Below, piece after piece: positions 33,001 to 39,596 of a stretch of DNA of 64,000 bases. A program made the translations under genes and the position numbers. The notes below the pieces were generated by a model that saw only the letters and a list, made by a program, of their open reading frames with translations, made no database searches and had not been told where the DNA came from. Source of the DNA: a virus. The stretch's first letter is position 1. Each line of letters starts with the position of its first letter. Location of the stretch: positions 20,524-84,523 of the IMG/VR virus record IMGVR_UViG_3300018077_000007; one strand, given 5' to 3'.

Positions 33001-35912
33001 AGGAACGGCTGGCGGAATTTCGTCAGGCCCCTCTCCTGGCCCGGATTGAAGCGTCAACCGTGAAAGGCACTCGCCCGTTCCTGGCGCATCTCCGCAGCCG
33101 ATCCTTCGCAGAGTGGGCCGTCCGGTTTTATACCGCTGTGGTGGACGATCTGGAACCGATCCGCCTGATCGACAGGATTGTGGAAGAGGCCCAGGGGGAG
33201 CCGCTGCCCACGGATCGGCAAGCCTATGTACTGGCCCGGATGGCGCACGGGTGGACCGGGGTGGCGGCGGTTGCCGTGACCGATGGCGTGCCCGATTGGA
33301 ACACGCTGGTCCCCCGCACGGATGTCCCGAGCTTCGTCAAGGCCGTGGAACCGATCTGGAAGGACTGGACGCGGTTTGGGGCCTATGTCCAGCTTCGGCG
33401 GGTGGTGGACGACCTCGTGGGTGCGGAGGCCCCGCCAGCGGACCTCACGGGGCCGGGACGGGCCAAGTGGGACGCGGCCCAACGGCGGCTCCAGGAAGCC
33501 GGGCGGCGCCGGCTCGCCGCGTGGGAGACGACGCCCGCCGAGGCCCAACGGCTCGTGGAGCAGATCGAGACCCCCGCGTTTCGACAGGCGGCCGAGGACC
33601 TCTATCGCTGGAATGGCGCGATCCTGGATTTCGTCGCAGCCTCGGGACGCTACGCCCCGGAGTTTTTGGATCTGCTCCGCCGGATGCACGCCCACTACGT
33701 GCCGTTTTATAGCTGGGTGGAGGAACCCGATGCGATGCCCGGTCCACCCGGCGGCGGCAATCGGCTGGCGAACTTGCCCAGTCCGATTCGGATGCTGCGG
33801 GGGAACGAGTTGCCGCTCCTTGATCCGCTCCTCGCCCTCGTGCGGAACGGCTTCGCCCTCATCAACGTGGCGATTCGGAATGACGTGGGGGCGACCCTCG
33901 TGGACAACATCGAGTCGGTCGAAGGGTTGGGGCATCTCCTCCATCGGGTGCCCCCTCAGATGGTGCCGACGCGCGTCTCTCTCGAAGAAATGCGCGGGCC
34001 AATGGAAGAGGCCGGGCTGGATCTGTCGGATGCCGATCTGTCCACCATGGGCACGGTGTTCCGGCCCGCTCGCGGGAAGGAGCAGGCCCCGTATCTGGTG
34101 ATCTATCGCAATGGGAAGGCTGAACATTACGCCGTCGATCCCCTGCTCTACCAATCGCTCCTGTTCCTGACGCCTCCTGAAGCGAATCTTGCCGTGAAAA
34201 CGGCGGCGTTCTTCGCCAAGATGCTCCGAGGCGGGGTAACGCTGAGTCCATCGTTTGCCGTGGCGAACGTTGTCCGGGATCAGGTGACCGTCGCGGCCAC
34301 GGCGAAGGCCGTCCCGTTCCGTGAATGGGCTGAGGGGGTGGCGGCGATTATCGGCGGCACCGAAGTCGCGAAGCAGTACGCCGCGAGTGGAGCCTCGATC
34401 TTCGGGATTCGCGGGGACGACGTGCGAAGCCTTGAACGCCTGATCCGCCGGGCAGCGCAGGGGCGATTTTCCACGCTCCGAGATGTGGGGGATCGACGGC
34501 AGGGGATGCGGGCTCTCTGGGAGGTGATGGCCGACGCGATAGACGCCATCAGCAGCGGGCAGGAAGCCATCACGGAACGGGCCACCCGCGTTGGCGTCTT
34601 CGGGCGTCAATTAGAACGGCCTAGACCCGAAGATGTCGCCTCCGAACGACCACAACGGGCCATCGCCTTGCGAGCTGGGTTTGAGAGCCGTGAGGCGAGC
34701 GTGGATTGGCGACGGCATGGTGGCAGTCCCGCCCTCCGGCAATTTGCTATGACGACGGTCTTTTTCAATCCCTGGATTCAGGGCGAGGACAAATTCGCCC
34801 GGACCATCGGGGGCAAGCAGAGCCGCGCCCGTGCCGCCTGGATGGGGGCCATCCTGTTTGGAGCCGGGCTGGTGGCGTATCTTTGGAACAAAGAGCATCC
34901 GTCCTGTTGGGATCAGCGGGCCACCTACGAGAAAGACACGAACTTTATCGTGTGCCTGCCGGGGGGGGAGGAGGCCGTGAAGGTGCCGGGCGCGTGGGAG
35001 TGGCACGTTGGATTTATCGCGATCCCGCGCCGGGTGTTTGAGTATTTTGACCGCACCGATCCCGACATCCTCCATAACTTTCTTCGGACCTCTGGGCGCG
35101 GGCTCTTTCCCGGCAGTTGGCTTCCGAACATTTTCGTGCCCTGGCTGGAAAACGCGATGAACTGGTCCATTTTCCCGGGGCGCCCTTTGGTGCCCCGGGG
35201 TGTAGAAGGTCGGGAACCCGCCGAGCGTGACACGCCTGGGACCGCCGAAGTCGCCCGGCGGATCGGGAAGGCGCTGAACTATCCCCCTCCGTTCGTCCAG
35301 AACGTCATCCGGGGCTATTTCGGCACGGTCGGGATGGAACTGACGCGGCTCCTCGATCCGCTCCTGGCGGATCCCACCGCCCCGCCCCCGGCTCGGCGGC
35401 TGAGTGATTATCCCGTCATCCGCCGGTTCTTCGCGTCTGGCCCGTCCCTCCAGTCCGAATGGATCGAACGATTCTACCGATACCGCAAGCAAGCGACCGA
35501 GGCGAAGGGGAGTTATGACCAGAAGCAGAAGATCGCCGGGTGGGCGGCATTGGTCGCCACCGATGAGGGTCGGAAGGAACTCCGACGCCGTGAACTCCAG
35601 GGCGATCCCCGGCTCCACGAGGTGGAGCGCTTTGCAAAAGCGCGGGCCTGGGAATTGACGATCGCCAGCAGTTTTGAGCACACCGCCAGCCTGTTTGCCC
35701 AGAGCCGGGAAGACTTCGAAGCGATCCGCGCCGATCCGAAGCTGACGCCCGAGCAGAAACAGGTGGAGTCGGACAAGATCAAACGAGCCATGGTGCAGGA
35801 AGCGAAGGAACGGGTGCAGGGAGCCGACCTCTTGCGGCGCACCCTTAGCATCCAGGCGGCGGAGAAGGCGGCGGCGGCGGAGAAGGCGACCGCCGCAGGA
35901 GGAGGCCGATGA
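21006..35912 (+). CDS. Giant polyvalent virion protein (4968 aa): DarB-like N6-adenine MTase + SNF2 helicase + GHKL ATPase + HExxH domains + LPD38-like C-terminus
   Basis: ILEPAMGIG and SNVPFG (MTase); HHVGSGKT, VDEAQAYKN, TGTP, QREGRALRPGN (SF2); KEMLQNAVD, EDNGVGM, GGFGIAK (GHKL); HELAH, HEIGH. Confidence 0.9.
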   Translation: MASPFETALEEDLAELTGHRPKGRPPVPPVLSPFERNLTEDLKALTEEKRTRLAEEAFGIDLAGRPRPTMEEVAGVSPAQILAPALPTSPEAAAALSLRTAPEPVIPPVPSHLEVLRTPPGQPGPGIAPVIPAGAPLPGRVQPVSRPPAMTAEMAFAQAPEAMVEAPSTTPDILAALAALPRVARPTLEEMTPEAKLLRSLMALPSEVFAQQGPPAPPPKITPYQAPSVFEPPETVAGRAGRAMVFGLRTGAVGQFARWLNQQIGEQLPGPPSGPVQAIDPDNAFEQLIALGTSLGTDWKLFSFGGKVGMEAMSRVLNGIGAGMTKRGVAAGLTEAEARAAAQQVLRENPVVQMLTGAAVGASALAIPGAARETSRELVTGEPLQPGKIAAAAGKEAIIGGLTFGVAAPIDSRILRATALILGFGTLPPIVQEQRMPTAHDLINAGVSIGLIELAAALMGVRSGWQARQARGEPLPELGRDVVGNVIYDRVLGIFKRKGMSENEARASADRLIQETVGVAAKPTRATTGAQPATPGEAGSLARPREGLTEPEIELDVLERRAAELHRQIAAEEAAPAPPPPPAAPPAPLPPPAPRPPALVPVPPAPTEIAPPVPPVAPGAPLPAPIERPPAPVTWGGWQETPTGPPLELWTLTEAIPGHPDGSTVGRETLEAAGFTVPEPPEIPPQVPAPTRPAPQVPVPPAGVAGAPPPSVPETAPGAELPPETPRGTLPTEGFTRVGAAEYGDLPKEGRSIYNPTGLRGRVVGSDAENFYVSRLAGSVAWVDKYPRQLIEDTQAYFTEGAAVQTPYGPATLVTPPARDDRGMVMVTVRWPAGIPAEVSDRLGASALLDAPVFQGRPEMQADWVGWRTVRPGYPSVGQWKLRQPIKGHESGEVVTALAIRDAGFRAPIPPEAPPAPPTAPKAPVAPVPPPPKPPRPGKRLLRPDQLSDFRPGIDRVERRGDRTFVVDSLGERAPVEVQSDVVIPEIETRLRAQRTQPALRNRAIQAIRQTPFLSPEGKAERLRILEEPEELPAPEAAPPVTPTVQPTPPPSGVIPVPRPTDYRLVQRLPTDPVTIQMREPTGRWTTATTVDDVPAAEEWVRAWGGTIIRRTLPPPPLTAGSRVRLKDGRDGTVESLKGGVARVKLPSGQKVNAPLRSLTPKEPEIAVPAAPPPTPTLEEGQRQGTLVPIEPATTKAISDQVSEYLKRLEQVEGTLEPEEIAEGQVLLTRVQDHLDELPAAALSQRADMRAAEEKLRLPAEQGTRPEYVGPTRPPPSPPEPPKPIDLDRLGPSMRRAEIRGAKVGQAVTFRGETWALAKSGYWTHGGETLATQALVSHFESMSRQPAPIPPVPPTEVLPSGRVQLADGRQGTVVGRSEGLAPWKGIITRVRLDDGTEVNVRTDRLTSVPAAPTLAGEEGGRAVIPPREPERPAESRGPDRRPLAEVSPEPSPRPRGGQPVEGLGGGGRAPDRGGAGRPAGETGAIQPSVGGRPPRVGVPAGGRRGARPAPSVPTNLDYRFTPDDAARIVSGGPKERVRRNLDSIRLLKEIEAAGRPATPEEQQTLAAYVGWGPFKQIFERYWDPKWADLYQEIKDTLTEDEYEAARASSLNAFYTTPGVVEAMWGAVKQFGLPGGPATRILEPAMGIGYFFGFMPDTFTGVRRVGVELDPITGRMATLLFPSTRVHVQGFETVPFPKNFFDLAVSNVPFGEFGVHDPAYRREPFLTESIHNYFFAKALDVVRPSGVVAFITSRYTLDARNSRFRQWLADRATLLGAVRLPETAFQRAAGTEVVTDILFFQKYPSGTTPTWVDSTPMQVSGVTKHVNAYFQEHPEMVLGRHVVERGMYEPEALTVKPTGDLLQQLAAALAELPEDVIRSAGIPVRDPLPAAVPEPPGAVKDGGFFLDQGAIFRKHGTEAVSADIPVAQIPKVTALLHIRDAAREVLRAQLEELPDAEWETARTHLNRLYDIFLKRHGPLSARTVHREFTGDPDFPFLLALEKSYDPDTNRAEKADLFIKRTIQPYRPPERAETPQAALLIALNETGRVDLARMAALVGQSPEGVQTALAGLIYKNPEGDWETAEEYLSGNVREKLRAAEVAASLESLYQPNVEALLRIQPTDLVPGEIEVRLGSPWLPTDTAEAFIGHLLGAQPSAFRVGHHAATATWTIEARGYQGDRVLQSAENLRVWGSENYRAVELIRDSLNGAFPTVWTKDADGKNVVDQDATLAARDQQEKVKAEFRKWVWTDEDRATALAQLYNEQFNALRLREHDGRHLELPGMAKGVLRDGDLAAHQKNAVWRILQGGNALIAHHVGSGKTYVAAAAMMELRRLGLARKPMLVVPRSRLEGTAAEFLQLYPAAHLLAIQPEDLTPQKRPELMSRIATGDWDAVTVSRESFERLPVRNATLATFIREQLQELEDAIRAEKVAEGRSRSPLIRKLEVAKKKLEQKLKDALKPEAKDVAVAFEELGVDALFVDEAQAYKNLPVRTAARNIAGINTAESNRAFDLFMKSQWLLRRNNGRGLIFLTGTPITNTIAEMYTLQRFLDLPRLRQLGLAEFDAWRGQFGEIVQSVELNVQATGYRVKSRFAKFVNLPELLTLYRTVADVQTDAMLKLPKPGLAGGRRREIVTTPHPRMRAFLDELNHRVEAIQKRVVEPTVDNMLKVSTDGRKAAIDMRLFDPTAGDVAGGKTSRAAEAIYEQWHVNRAMKGTQLVFVDFSAPATGAFSVPTDLRNKLVKLGIPKAEIAFIQDAKNVKAQEQLFQNVRRGRIRVLIGSTEKMGIGVNVQNKVVALHHLDAPWRPADLEQREGRALRPGNENAEVEVLLYLTPGSFDAYMWQTLERKARFVDQIMRGEVGVRSAEDIEGRAFTYAEYKALASGNPIVAEKVQVDADILRLGRLRAHHDTQQWQIRRDLAGLPVRLAEADKRVTAIQSDIGTRNQDRPAEFSMTIALMLRTEHRGTFTDRVEAGEQLWKMLNAARGSSAPTKLGEFAGFALMVKGFDTSDITPAVWLEGQAEYPVSTLSETGLGVIRSIEGQLLHLESKLTEAEADRAALQQKRTTLEGELDKPFPEAAKLAELEQRQEELAQQLDLTANDHQAAGQETEPDEGAEEPPEIREPESRINPDAVRGFLSEMRVEREGETRATAAMDPRLLKVLGGNLYTGDLGKIAVKEMLQNAVDSVRGLADQAQGRVTVDVTLTGDTKTIAVEDNGVGMTPEVATQELVDIGGSQKVAGASGGFGIAKVAIFANAATIDVETTAKDPAGQGATRTRLSGSSDEWLDPQQGLRVETERMAPDTPTGTRISITLADTVQTNPYETRSFLNSFLQWHRLPVSFQFRLNGEIQALPQGRVDPLKTLTIPGGTIELFATSDLVSQSVVQVEILNHGLPQFRQAFFLGVETQIPGRIVADIQSREGPEAPEYPFSPDRERLRPTTERALTDYLKDELAKDAITNERREYQRILSEAPVIPGTGGHRIVDTTEGVSRDLLEAIATSDATRRVSGHLAGIVARLRAELARVEAQPYWAPEQIQYFGLSVAGAHLGMNLNGRLIEGRDDAPNLVAFNPYSILDEVQTLAQVAGLAADEIPQQFAARAVFTVIHELAHQASGAHEQTYAGALTRAGGNLIMQAAQATAALTALVKEQNNAILRTLAADLARLRPQWGGEDRLSKVVTGLAATTGAEGPPAPLGRREGAGARPREALPAGRPGAVPSMGPGPAVPGGPPGVVQEPILPPAPYGGAEPAGPEYRAAMVQQILDDLVTAGRRELKTAPTFPAWQARMLAQWGDWTRPYLQATYDRLTAPETAPRAEPTTAGTPLRPEPEPAPPEPEPMDAGVPPVEPPPPQAETMAAPNFQPPRTPRERQELIAKAAILKRLEDVLRVPIQTGRVSRPGARGVFLVEPEVIRLRWAGNLHTGLHEIGHFLHKRGMLPEGWAARLEALGQGHEGDPEREGTAEFVRLFVMDPAGAEAAAPGLPDAFTARLNRDWPRALEALLWAKERLAEFRQAPLLARIEASTVKGTRPFLAHLRSRSFAEWAVRFYTAVVDDLEPIRLIDRIVEEAQGEPLPTDRQAYVLARMAHGWTGVAAVAVTDGVPDWNTLVPRTDVPSFVKAVEPIWKDWTRFGAYVQLRRVVDDLVGAEAPPADLTGPGRAKWDAAQRRLQEAGRRRLAAWETTPAEAQRLVEQIETPAFRQAAEDLYRWNGAILDFVAASGRYAPEFLDLLRRMHAHYVPFYSWVEEPDAMPGPPGGGNRLANLPSPIRMLRGNELPLLDPLLALVRNGFALINVAIRNDVGATLVDNIESVEGLGHLLHRVPPQMVPTRVSLEEMRGPMEEAGLDLSDADLSTMGTVFRPARGKEQAPYLVIYRNGKAEHYAVDPLLYQSLLFLTPPEANLAVKTAAFFAKMLRGGVTLSPSFAVANVVRDQVTVAATAKAVPFREWAEGVAAIIGGTEVAKQYAASGASIFGIRGDDVRSLERLIRRAAQGRFSTLRDVGDRRQGMRALWEVMADAIDAISSGQEAITERATRVGVFGRQLERPRPEDVASERPQRAIALRAGFESREASVDWRRHGGSPALRQFAMTTVFFNPWIQGEDKFARTIGGKQSRARAAWMGAILFGAGLVAYLWNKEHPSCWDQRATYEKDTNFIVCLPGGEEAVKVPGAWEWHVGFIAIPRRVFEYFDRTDPDILHNFLRTSGRGLFPGSWLPNIFVPWLENAMNWSIFPGRPLVPRGVEGREPAERDTPGTAEVARRIGKALNYPPPFVQNVIRGYFGTVGMELTRLLDPLLADPTAPPPARRLSDYPVIRRFFASGPSLQSEWIERFYRYRKQATEAKGSYDQKQKIAGWAALVATDEGRKELRRRELQGDPRLHEVERFAKARAWELTIASSFEHTASLFAQSREDFEAIRADPKLTPEQKQVESDKIKRAMVQEAKERVQGADLLRRTLSIQAAEKAAAAEKATAAGGGR
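25267..25593 (+). CDS. Nested +1-frame gene, TnpV-like helical protein
   Basis: GAGGAGG at 25254-25260, GTG at 25267; HWRKYRPNLVRALEADSQL...AWEAVRHEWAFLPAE. Confidence 0.6.
   Translation: MPLSHHENPNVPPSLAAQIEDHWRKYRPNLVRALEADSQLKDSVEEAALLTVEALDDLLEKRVPYNQAWEAVRHEWAFLPAEDEVPDLPLPFLPISITASPQTTPPAS
31945..32190 (+). CDS. Nested +1-frame small helical protein
   Basis: AAGGAG 7 nt before ATG 31945; amphipathic helices ALRLLLADAKAQGLDPEKLYQLAVQV. Confidence 0.45.
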   Translation: MPSSAPSLPTLPGSALSGAEKTVLAKLSPALQQPPEPKALRLLLADAKAQGLDPEKLYQLAVQVRSPAWVPAPPYPEVRPA

Positions 35913-36409
35913 GCGGACAGAACGGAACCGGCAACGGCTCCCGGTGGCGCTCGACGCACAAGCATCACCCCGAGAGATGGCCGGCCCCGTTCGGGCGGGG
36001 ACCGGATGGCTGGCCCCTGGTCGGATGCCTCCGGCCCTCCTGCGGGGCTCCCGTGCCCTGGATCAAGCGGGCCGGGAAGCTCATCCTGCCCTCGGCCTAC
36101 TACCCGCTGAAATACTGTGGGGTGACCTGTAGCCTCCTGGCCCAACGCGCGGGGTTCTTTCCGCCTCGGCGACTCTCCCCGATTGATCTCTACCGGGCAG
36201 AGCCAGCGTTACCGTCCCCGATTTCGCCGGCATGGCCATCTCGTGACGAAGTACGGTGGTGCCCCCATTGCCATGCGAGTCGGGCCAACCTCCGCGTCGT
36301 CGGGACCGGCCTCTCCTGCTTTCAGTGTGGCACCCTGATCTTCACGCAGGAGGTCGATGTGGAGATGGAAGCGGCGATCCTGTGTGGACGCATGGAGAAA
36401 CCGTCGTGA
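35909..36409 (+). CDS. Zinc-finger hypothetical protein
   Basis: GGAGG RBS, ATGA overlap, several CxxC. Confidence 0.6.
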   Translation: MSGQNGTGNGSRWRSTHKHHPERWPAPFGRGPDGWPLVGCLRPSCGAPVPWIKRAGKLILPSAYYPLKYCGVTCSLLAQRAGFFPPRRLSPIDLYRAEPALPSPISPAWPSRDEVRWCPHCHASRANLRVVGTGLSCFQCGTLIFTQEVDVEMEAAILCGRMEKPS

Positions 36410-36840
36410 GTCGCTTTCTTGATCCGCTCCGGGCGGAGCAACTTGACAGTGTGCGCTGGATGACCCTTACGCCGCTTCGGTATGAATCTACCCTCTTGAG
36501 TGATCTGGTCAGCGTGCCCGCCCGATTCATCACGGACTTCGCCTCGGTGCCACGCTGGTTGCCGGTGACGTGGTATCTCGCCGGCAACACGGCTCACCGG
36601 CCAGCGGTGATCCACGATTGGCTCTACCAGCGCCACGTCGTTGAGGGGATCGAGCGGGGCACCGCAGATGCGGTGCTCTACGAAGCAATGGGGGCAGACG
36701 AGATTGAACCCATCCCCGCGTGGCAGCAATGGATCATCTGGTCTGGAGTCCGCGCTGGCGGGTGGGTCGCCTGGCGGAACCACGAACGCCGGGGAGCGCA
36801 GCTCAACCCGAAGTGGACTGCGGCGGGGTGGCCGGCATGA
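36406..36840 (+). CDS. DUF1353 family protein
   Basis: VPARFITDFASVPR...AVIHDWLY...AD..LYEAM. Confidence 0.85.
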   Translation: MSRFLDPLRAEQLDSVRWMTLTPLRYESTLLSDLVSVPARFITDFASVPRWLPVTWYLAGNTAHRPAVIHDWLYQRHVVEGIERGTADAVLYEAMGADEIEPIPAWQQWIIWSGVRAGGWVAWRNHERRGAQLNPKWTAAGWPA

Positions 36841-37352
36841 GCCAGCCGGTGACCGTGCCGGAATTTTCCAATCTCGCCAGTCCTGACCTCTGGGACGACG
36901 TGACCCTAGTGGCGGCCACCGTGTTTCTCGAAGCGGACGGGGAACCTGACGAGGGCAAACTCGCCGTCGCGTATGTGATCGTGAATCGACGCGACGCATG
37001 GCGGCTTTCCACGCGCCAAGTCGTGTTGGGACCCGAAGGGAGCGCGTGGGCGGATGCCAAACCGTTTGAAGCCTTTAGTTGCTGGAATGACGATTTTCGC
37101 CGAGTGGCCCAATCCCGCTTGGTAGCTGCCGGTCAGCAAGAACGGTGCTGGTGGGCGGCGACGGGGGCGCTCTGGCGGAGCCTGCCTGACCCGACTCAGG
37201 GGGCAACCTTTTATCTCAACGTGCCCCTGACGCTGAAAATTCGGGCCGACGGGCGCTTGCCCGCTTGGGCCGCTGATCCCGCCGACCGGACTCGCCCCGA
37301 TCCCAGCAAGGTAACCGTTGTCATCAACCGGCATACGTTTCTGCGGGCCTAA
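36837..37352 (+). CDS. Endolysin, cell-wall hydrolase SleB/Hydrolase_2 family
   Basis: TVFLEADGE..GKLAVAYVIVNR, FSCWN, DPTQGATFY, INRHTF. Confidence 0.9.
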   Translation: MSQPVTVPEFSNLASPDLWDDVTLVAATVFLEADGEPDEGKLAVAYVIVNRRDAWRLSTRQVVLGPEGSAWADAKPFEAFSCWNDDFRRVAQSRLVAAGQQERCWWAATGALWRSLPDPTQGATFYLNVPLTLKIRADGRLPAWAADPADRTRPDPSKVTVVINRHTFLRA

Positions 37353-37399
37353 CCCGCAAACACTGCCCTGCGAGGCAAGGCAGAAAGGGAGCGAAAATC

Positions 37400-38489
37400 A
37401 TGGCCCCTGAGACACCACCGCTCAACGGGTCGGGGATTGCCGCCGAGTTGACCCGGGCCTTGGTCCGCCCGATCATTTCTCTTTATCTAGTCGGCACCTG
37501 TGGCTGGCTGTGGCTCCATGGGCAGCCGGTTCCACCGGAATTGATGACCCTCACGACGGCGAGCGATGGATCGCCAAACGTGGAGGATAAAGAACGACCA
37601 TTTCTTTCCAGGTCGCCATGTGTGACGTGCCCTAGCAGCAGATGAGGTAAGGGCAGCGCGTTCCTCGGGTTCACAAGCCACGAATTTCCCCCGAACATTA
37701 TTTGCTTGACATGTTCATGTGCATGGATATACTGGCACCATGTTTAAAGTGAAACTCCCAACAGTCAAGTGTCCCAAGTGCGGGCATCAATGGACCCCCA
37801 AGGTCCGCATTATCACACGTTGCCCGCGTTGTTTTCGGCATATCTAAAACGGCTATGTGGGCGGAAATGGGCGGAATTGGAAGGGGAAAGTGGGAAGAGA
37901 GATTTTTGAGCCGTGTACATAAATCGGATTCGTGTTGGCTATGGCGCGGTGGGGAATTCGTATCTGGATATGGGGCAGTCCAATGGAAAAGGAAACACCT
38001 TTCCGCGCATCGTGTTGCATGGCAATTAAAGTTTGGGCTAATCCCCCCAGGATTGAGCGTTCTGCACGCCTGCGATACTCCAGCCTGCGTGAATCCTGAG
38101 CATTTATCCCTTGGAACGCAAGGAGCCAACAATGCGGATATGGTTTCCAGGGGCCGAGCCCGAGGAAACGCCAGATTAGATCCTTTGCTGGTTCGTCAAA
38201 TAAGGTCCGCAAGCGGTACACAGGATCAGATCGCTCAGCAGTTCGGAATCTCGCAATCTTTAGTAAGCAAAATTGTTCATAGGAGGCTTTGGAAATGGGT
38301 TCTATGAAGGGAGGCCATATCGAGAGTGTCTACATCGCCCTGGTGTTCGGCGGCCGTCCCGAACAACGCCCGTGGTTTCGCTTTTGGTGGGGGGGGGCCC
38401 GGCGACGATGGATCTGGGTTTGGGTGCTGGGGGCCTGGGTGGGGGCGATGGGGATCATCCTAGCCCTGAGTGCGTGGGGAATCCTATAA
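37400..38489 (+). CDS. Putative holin split by a ~770-nt insertion (parts 37400-~37560 and ~38330-38489)
   Basis: LVRPIISLYL..VPPELMTLTTA can be joined in frame to YIALVFGGR..; follows the endolysin. Confidence 0.55.
37706..37733 (+). promoter_or_regulatory. Sigma70-type promoter, probably leaderless transcript
   Basis: TTGACA-N16-TATACT with ATG 6 nt downstream. Confidence 0.7.
37740..37847 (+). CDS. 35-aa zinc-ribbon protein
   Basis: MFKVKLPTVKCPKCGHQWTPKVRIITRCPRCFRHI; below the ORF-track cutoff. Confidence 0.65.
   Translation: MFKVKLPTVKCPKCGHQWTPKVRIITRCPRCFRHI
37855..38307 (+). CDS. HNH homing endonuclease with HTH
   Basis: CWLWRG..GYG..AHRVAW..VLHACDTPACVNPEHLSLGTQGANNAD. Confidence 0.9.
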   Translation: MWAEMGGIGRGKWEERFLSRVHKSDSCWLWRGGEFVSGYGAVQWKRKHLSAHRVAWQLKFGLIPPGLSVLHACDTPACVNPEHLSLGTQGANNADMVSRGRARGNARLDPLLVRQIRSASGTQDQIAQQFGISQSLVSKIVHRRLWKWVL

Positions 38490-38502
38490 GAGGAGGGGGC
38501 TC

Positions 38503-38679
38503 ATGCGACAATTCCTGTTCGGACTTTTGATGGGGACGGTGCTGGCCACGGCGGGGGGCGTCTGGGCGTGGGGGCATACCCCGACCGACCAACTCCGGGG
38601 ATTACGCGATGATCTCCAGCGGCAGCAGCAGCAAGAACAGATCGACCGGATGCTGCGCCCGCTGCAACGACCCTGTTAA
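38503..38679 (+). CDS. Small signal-peptide/TM protein
   Basis: GAGGAGG RBS; MRQFLFGLLMGTVLA. Confidence 0.6.
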   Translation: MRQFLFGLLMGTVLATAGGVWAWGHTPTDQLRGLRDDLQRQQQQEQIDRMLRPLQRPC

Positions 38680-38739
38680 GGTGGGGAGAGGTTCAATTCT
38701 GCCCTGCGGGACAACGTCTCAAGAGGAGGAGGATTCACC

Positions 38740-39072
38740 ATGAAGAAGCTCTTGATTGTTCTGCTCAGCGCGGTCCTGCTGAGCGGGTGCGCCGCGTTCG
38801 GCATCACGCCCATCGGGACCGTGGCGACCACCGGGATCACCTGTTACGCGGTGAAGGATCGGGATCTCGTGATCGCCCTGGGCCTGATCCTGTGTGAAAA
38901 GGAGGGCAAAGTGGTCGGGACGGCGGGCGGGGCCGCGCCGGGGTTAGGCCACGGGATTGCCCCGGTGTTGGGGGCGGCGCTTTTGGGCGCCGGGATCGCT
39001 GTGGGGGCGGGAATGCTTGAGATCGGGGTACCGGCGACGGCCGTCACGATCTCGCCGCCCGTGGTGCCGTAA
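38740..39072 (+). CDS. Lipoprotein with C-terminal TM helix (u-spanin candidate)
   Basis: Lipobox LLSG|C plus hydrophobic IAPVLGAALLGAGIAVGAGML; lysis module. Confidence 0.6.
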   Translation: MKKLLIVLLSAVLLSGCAAFGITPIGTVATTGITCYAVKDRDLVIALGLILCEKEGKVVGTAGGAAPGLGHGIAPVLGAALLGAGIAVGAGMLEIGVPATAVTISPPVVP

Positions 39073-39297
39073 ATGGACCGCTCCCGTACCGAACATCTCG
39101 CTTGGTGCAAGCAACGGGCGCTGGCCATCGTGGATGCTGGCGATCTGCACCAGGCCTTCAGCAGCATGGTCAGCGATCTCGGGAAACATCCTGATACGAT
39201 TGAGCATCCTGGCATTTTACTCGGGGCGGCGCTCTTGATGAGCGGACGCCTATCGACCGCCACAAAGATGCGGTCGTTTATCGAGGGGTTCAATTAA
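39073..39297 (+). CDS. Hypothetical phage protein
   Basis: EHLAWCKQRAL..SMVSDLGKHP..FIEGFN. Confidence 0.7.
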   Translation: MDRSRTEHLAWCKQRALAIVDAGDLHQAFSSMVSDLGKHPDTIEHPGILLGAALLMSGRLSTATKMRSFIEGFN

Positions 39298-39303
39298 GGG
39301 GAC

Positions 39304-39591
39304 ATGCCGATGGAGCCGACCGTCCGTTACCGCGTGGTGGTGACGAAAATCACCGAGAAGATCACGAGGAAACCCACATGGCAGTGTCTCTATACCGATG
39401 TGACCTTTGCCGACGTGCGCCGCCAGAACCCCGACGCCAAGCAATACGACTATGCCACGGGCGACCTTCCCACCGTGGAAAGTAACGAAATCTACAATCA
39501 GACCGTCGGTGGCGAGTTTGATCTGTGGGGTGTGATCCAGGCGGTGAATGCCAAATCGGCCCCTGGGGGTAACCCCCTGCCCGGAGCGTAA
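39304..39591 (+). CDS. Hypothetical protein
   Basis: Contiguous ORF with RBS. Confidence 0.6.
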   Translation: MPMEPTVRYRVVVTKITEKITRKPTWQCLYTDVTFADVRRQNPDAKQYDYATGDLPTVESNEIYNQTVGGEFDLWGVIQAVNAKSAPGGNPLPGA

Positions 39592-39596
39592 GGGAC

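Larger units (their letters stand above)
37561..38329 (+). mobile_element. HNH-carrying insertion with structured 5' segment (possible intron)
   Basis: Lower GC than flanks; stacked stem-loops at 37564-37696; internal promoter; two ORFs; boundaries approximate. Confidence 0.55.

Noticed and set aside
37561-38329. Canonical group I, group II or BHB intron
   Set aside because: Diagnostic motifs not found by eye; kept as an unclassified insertion
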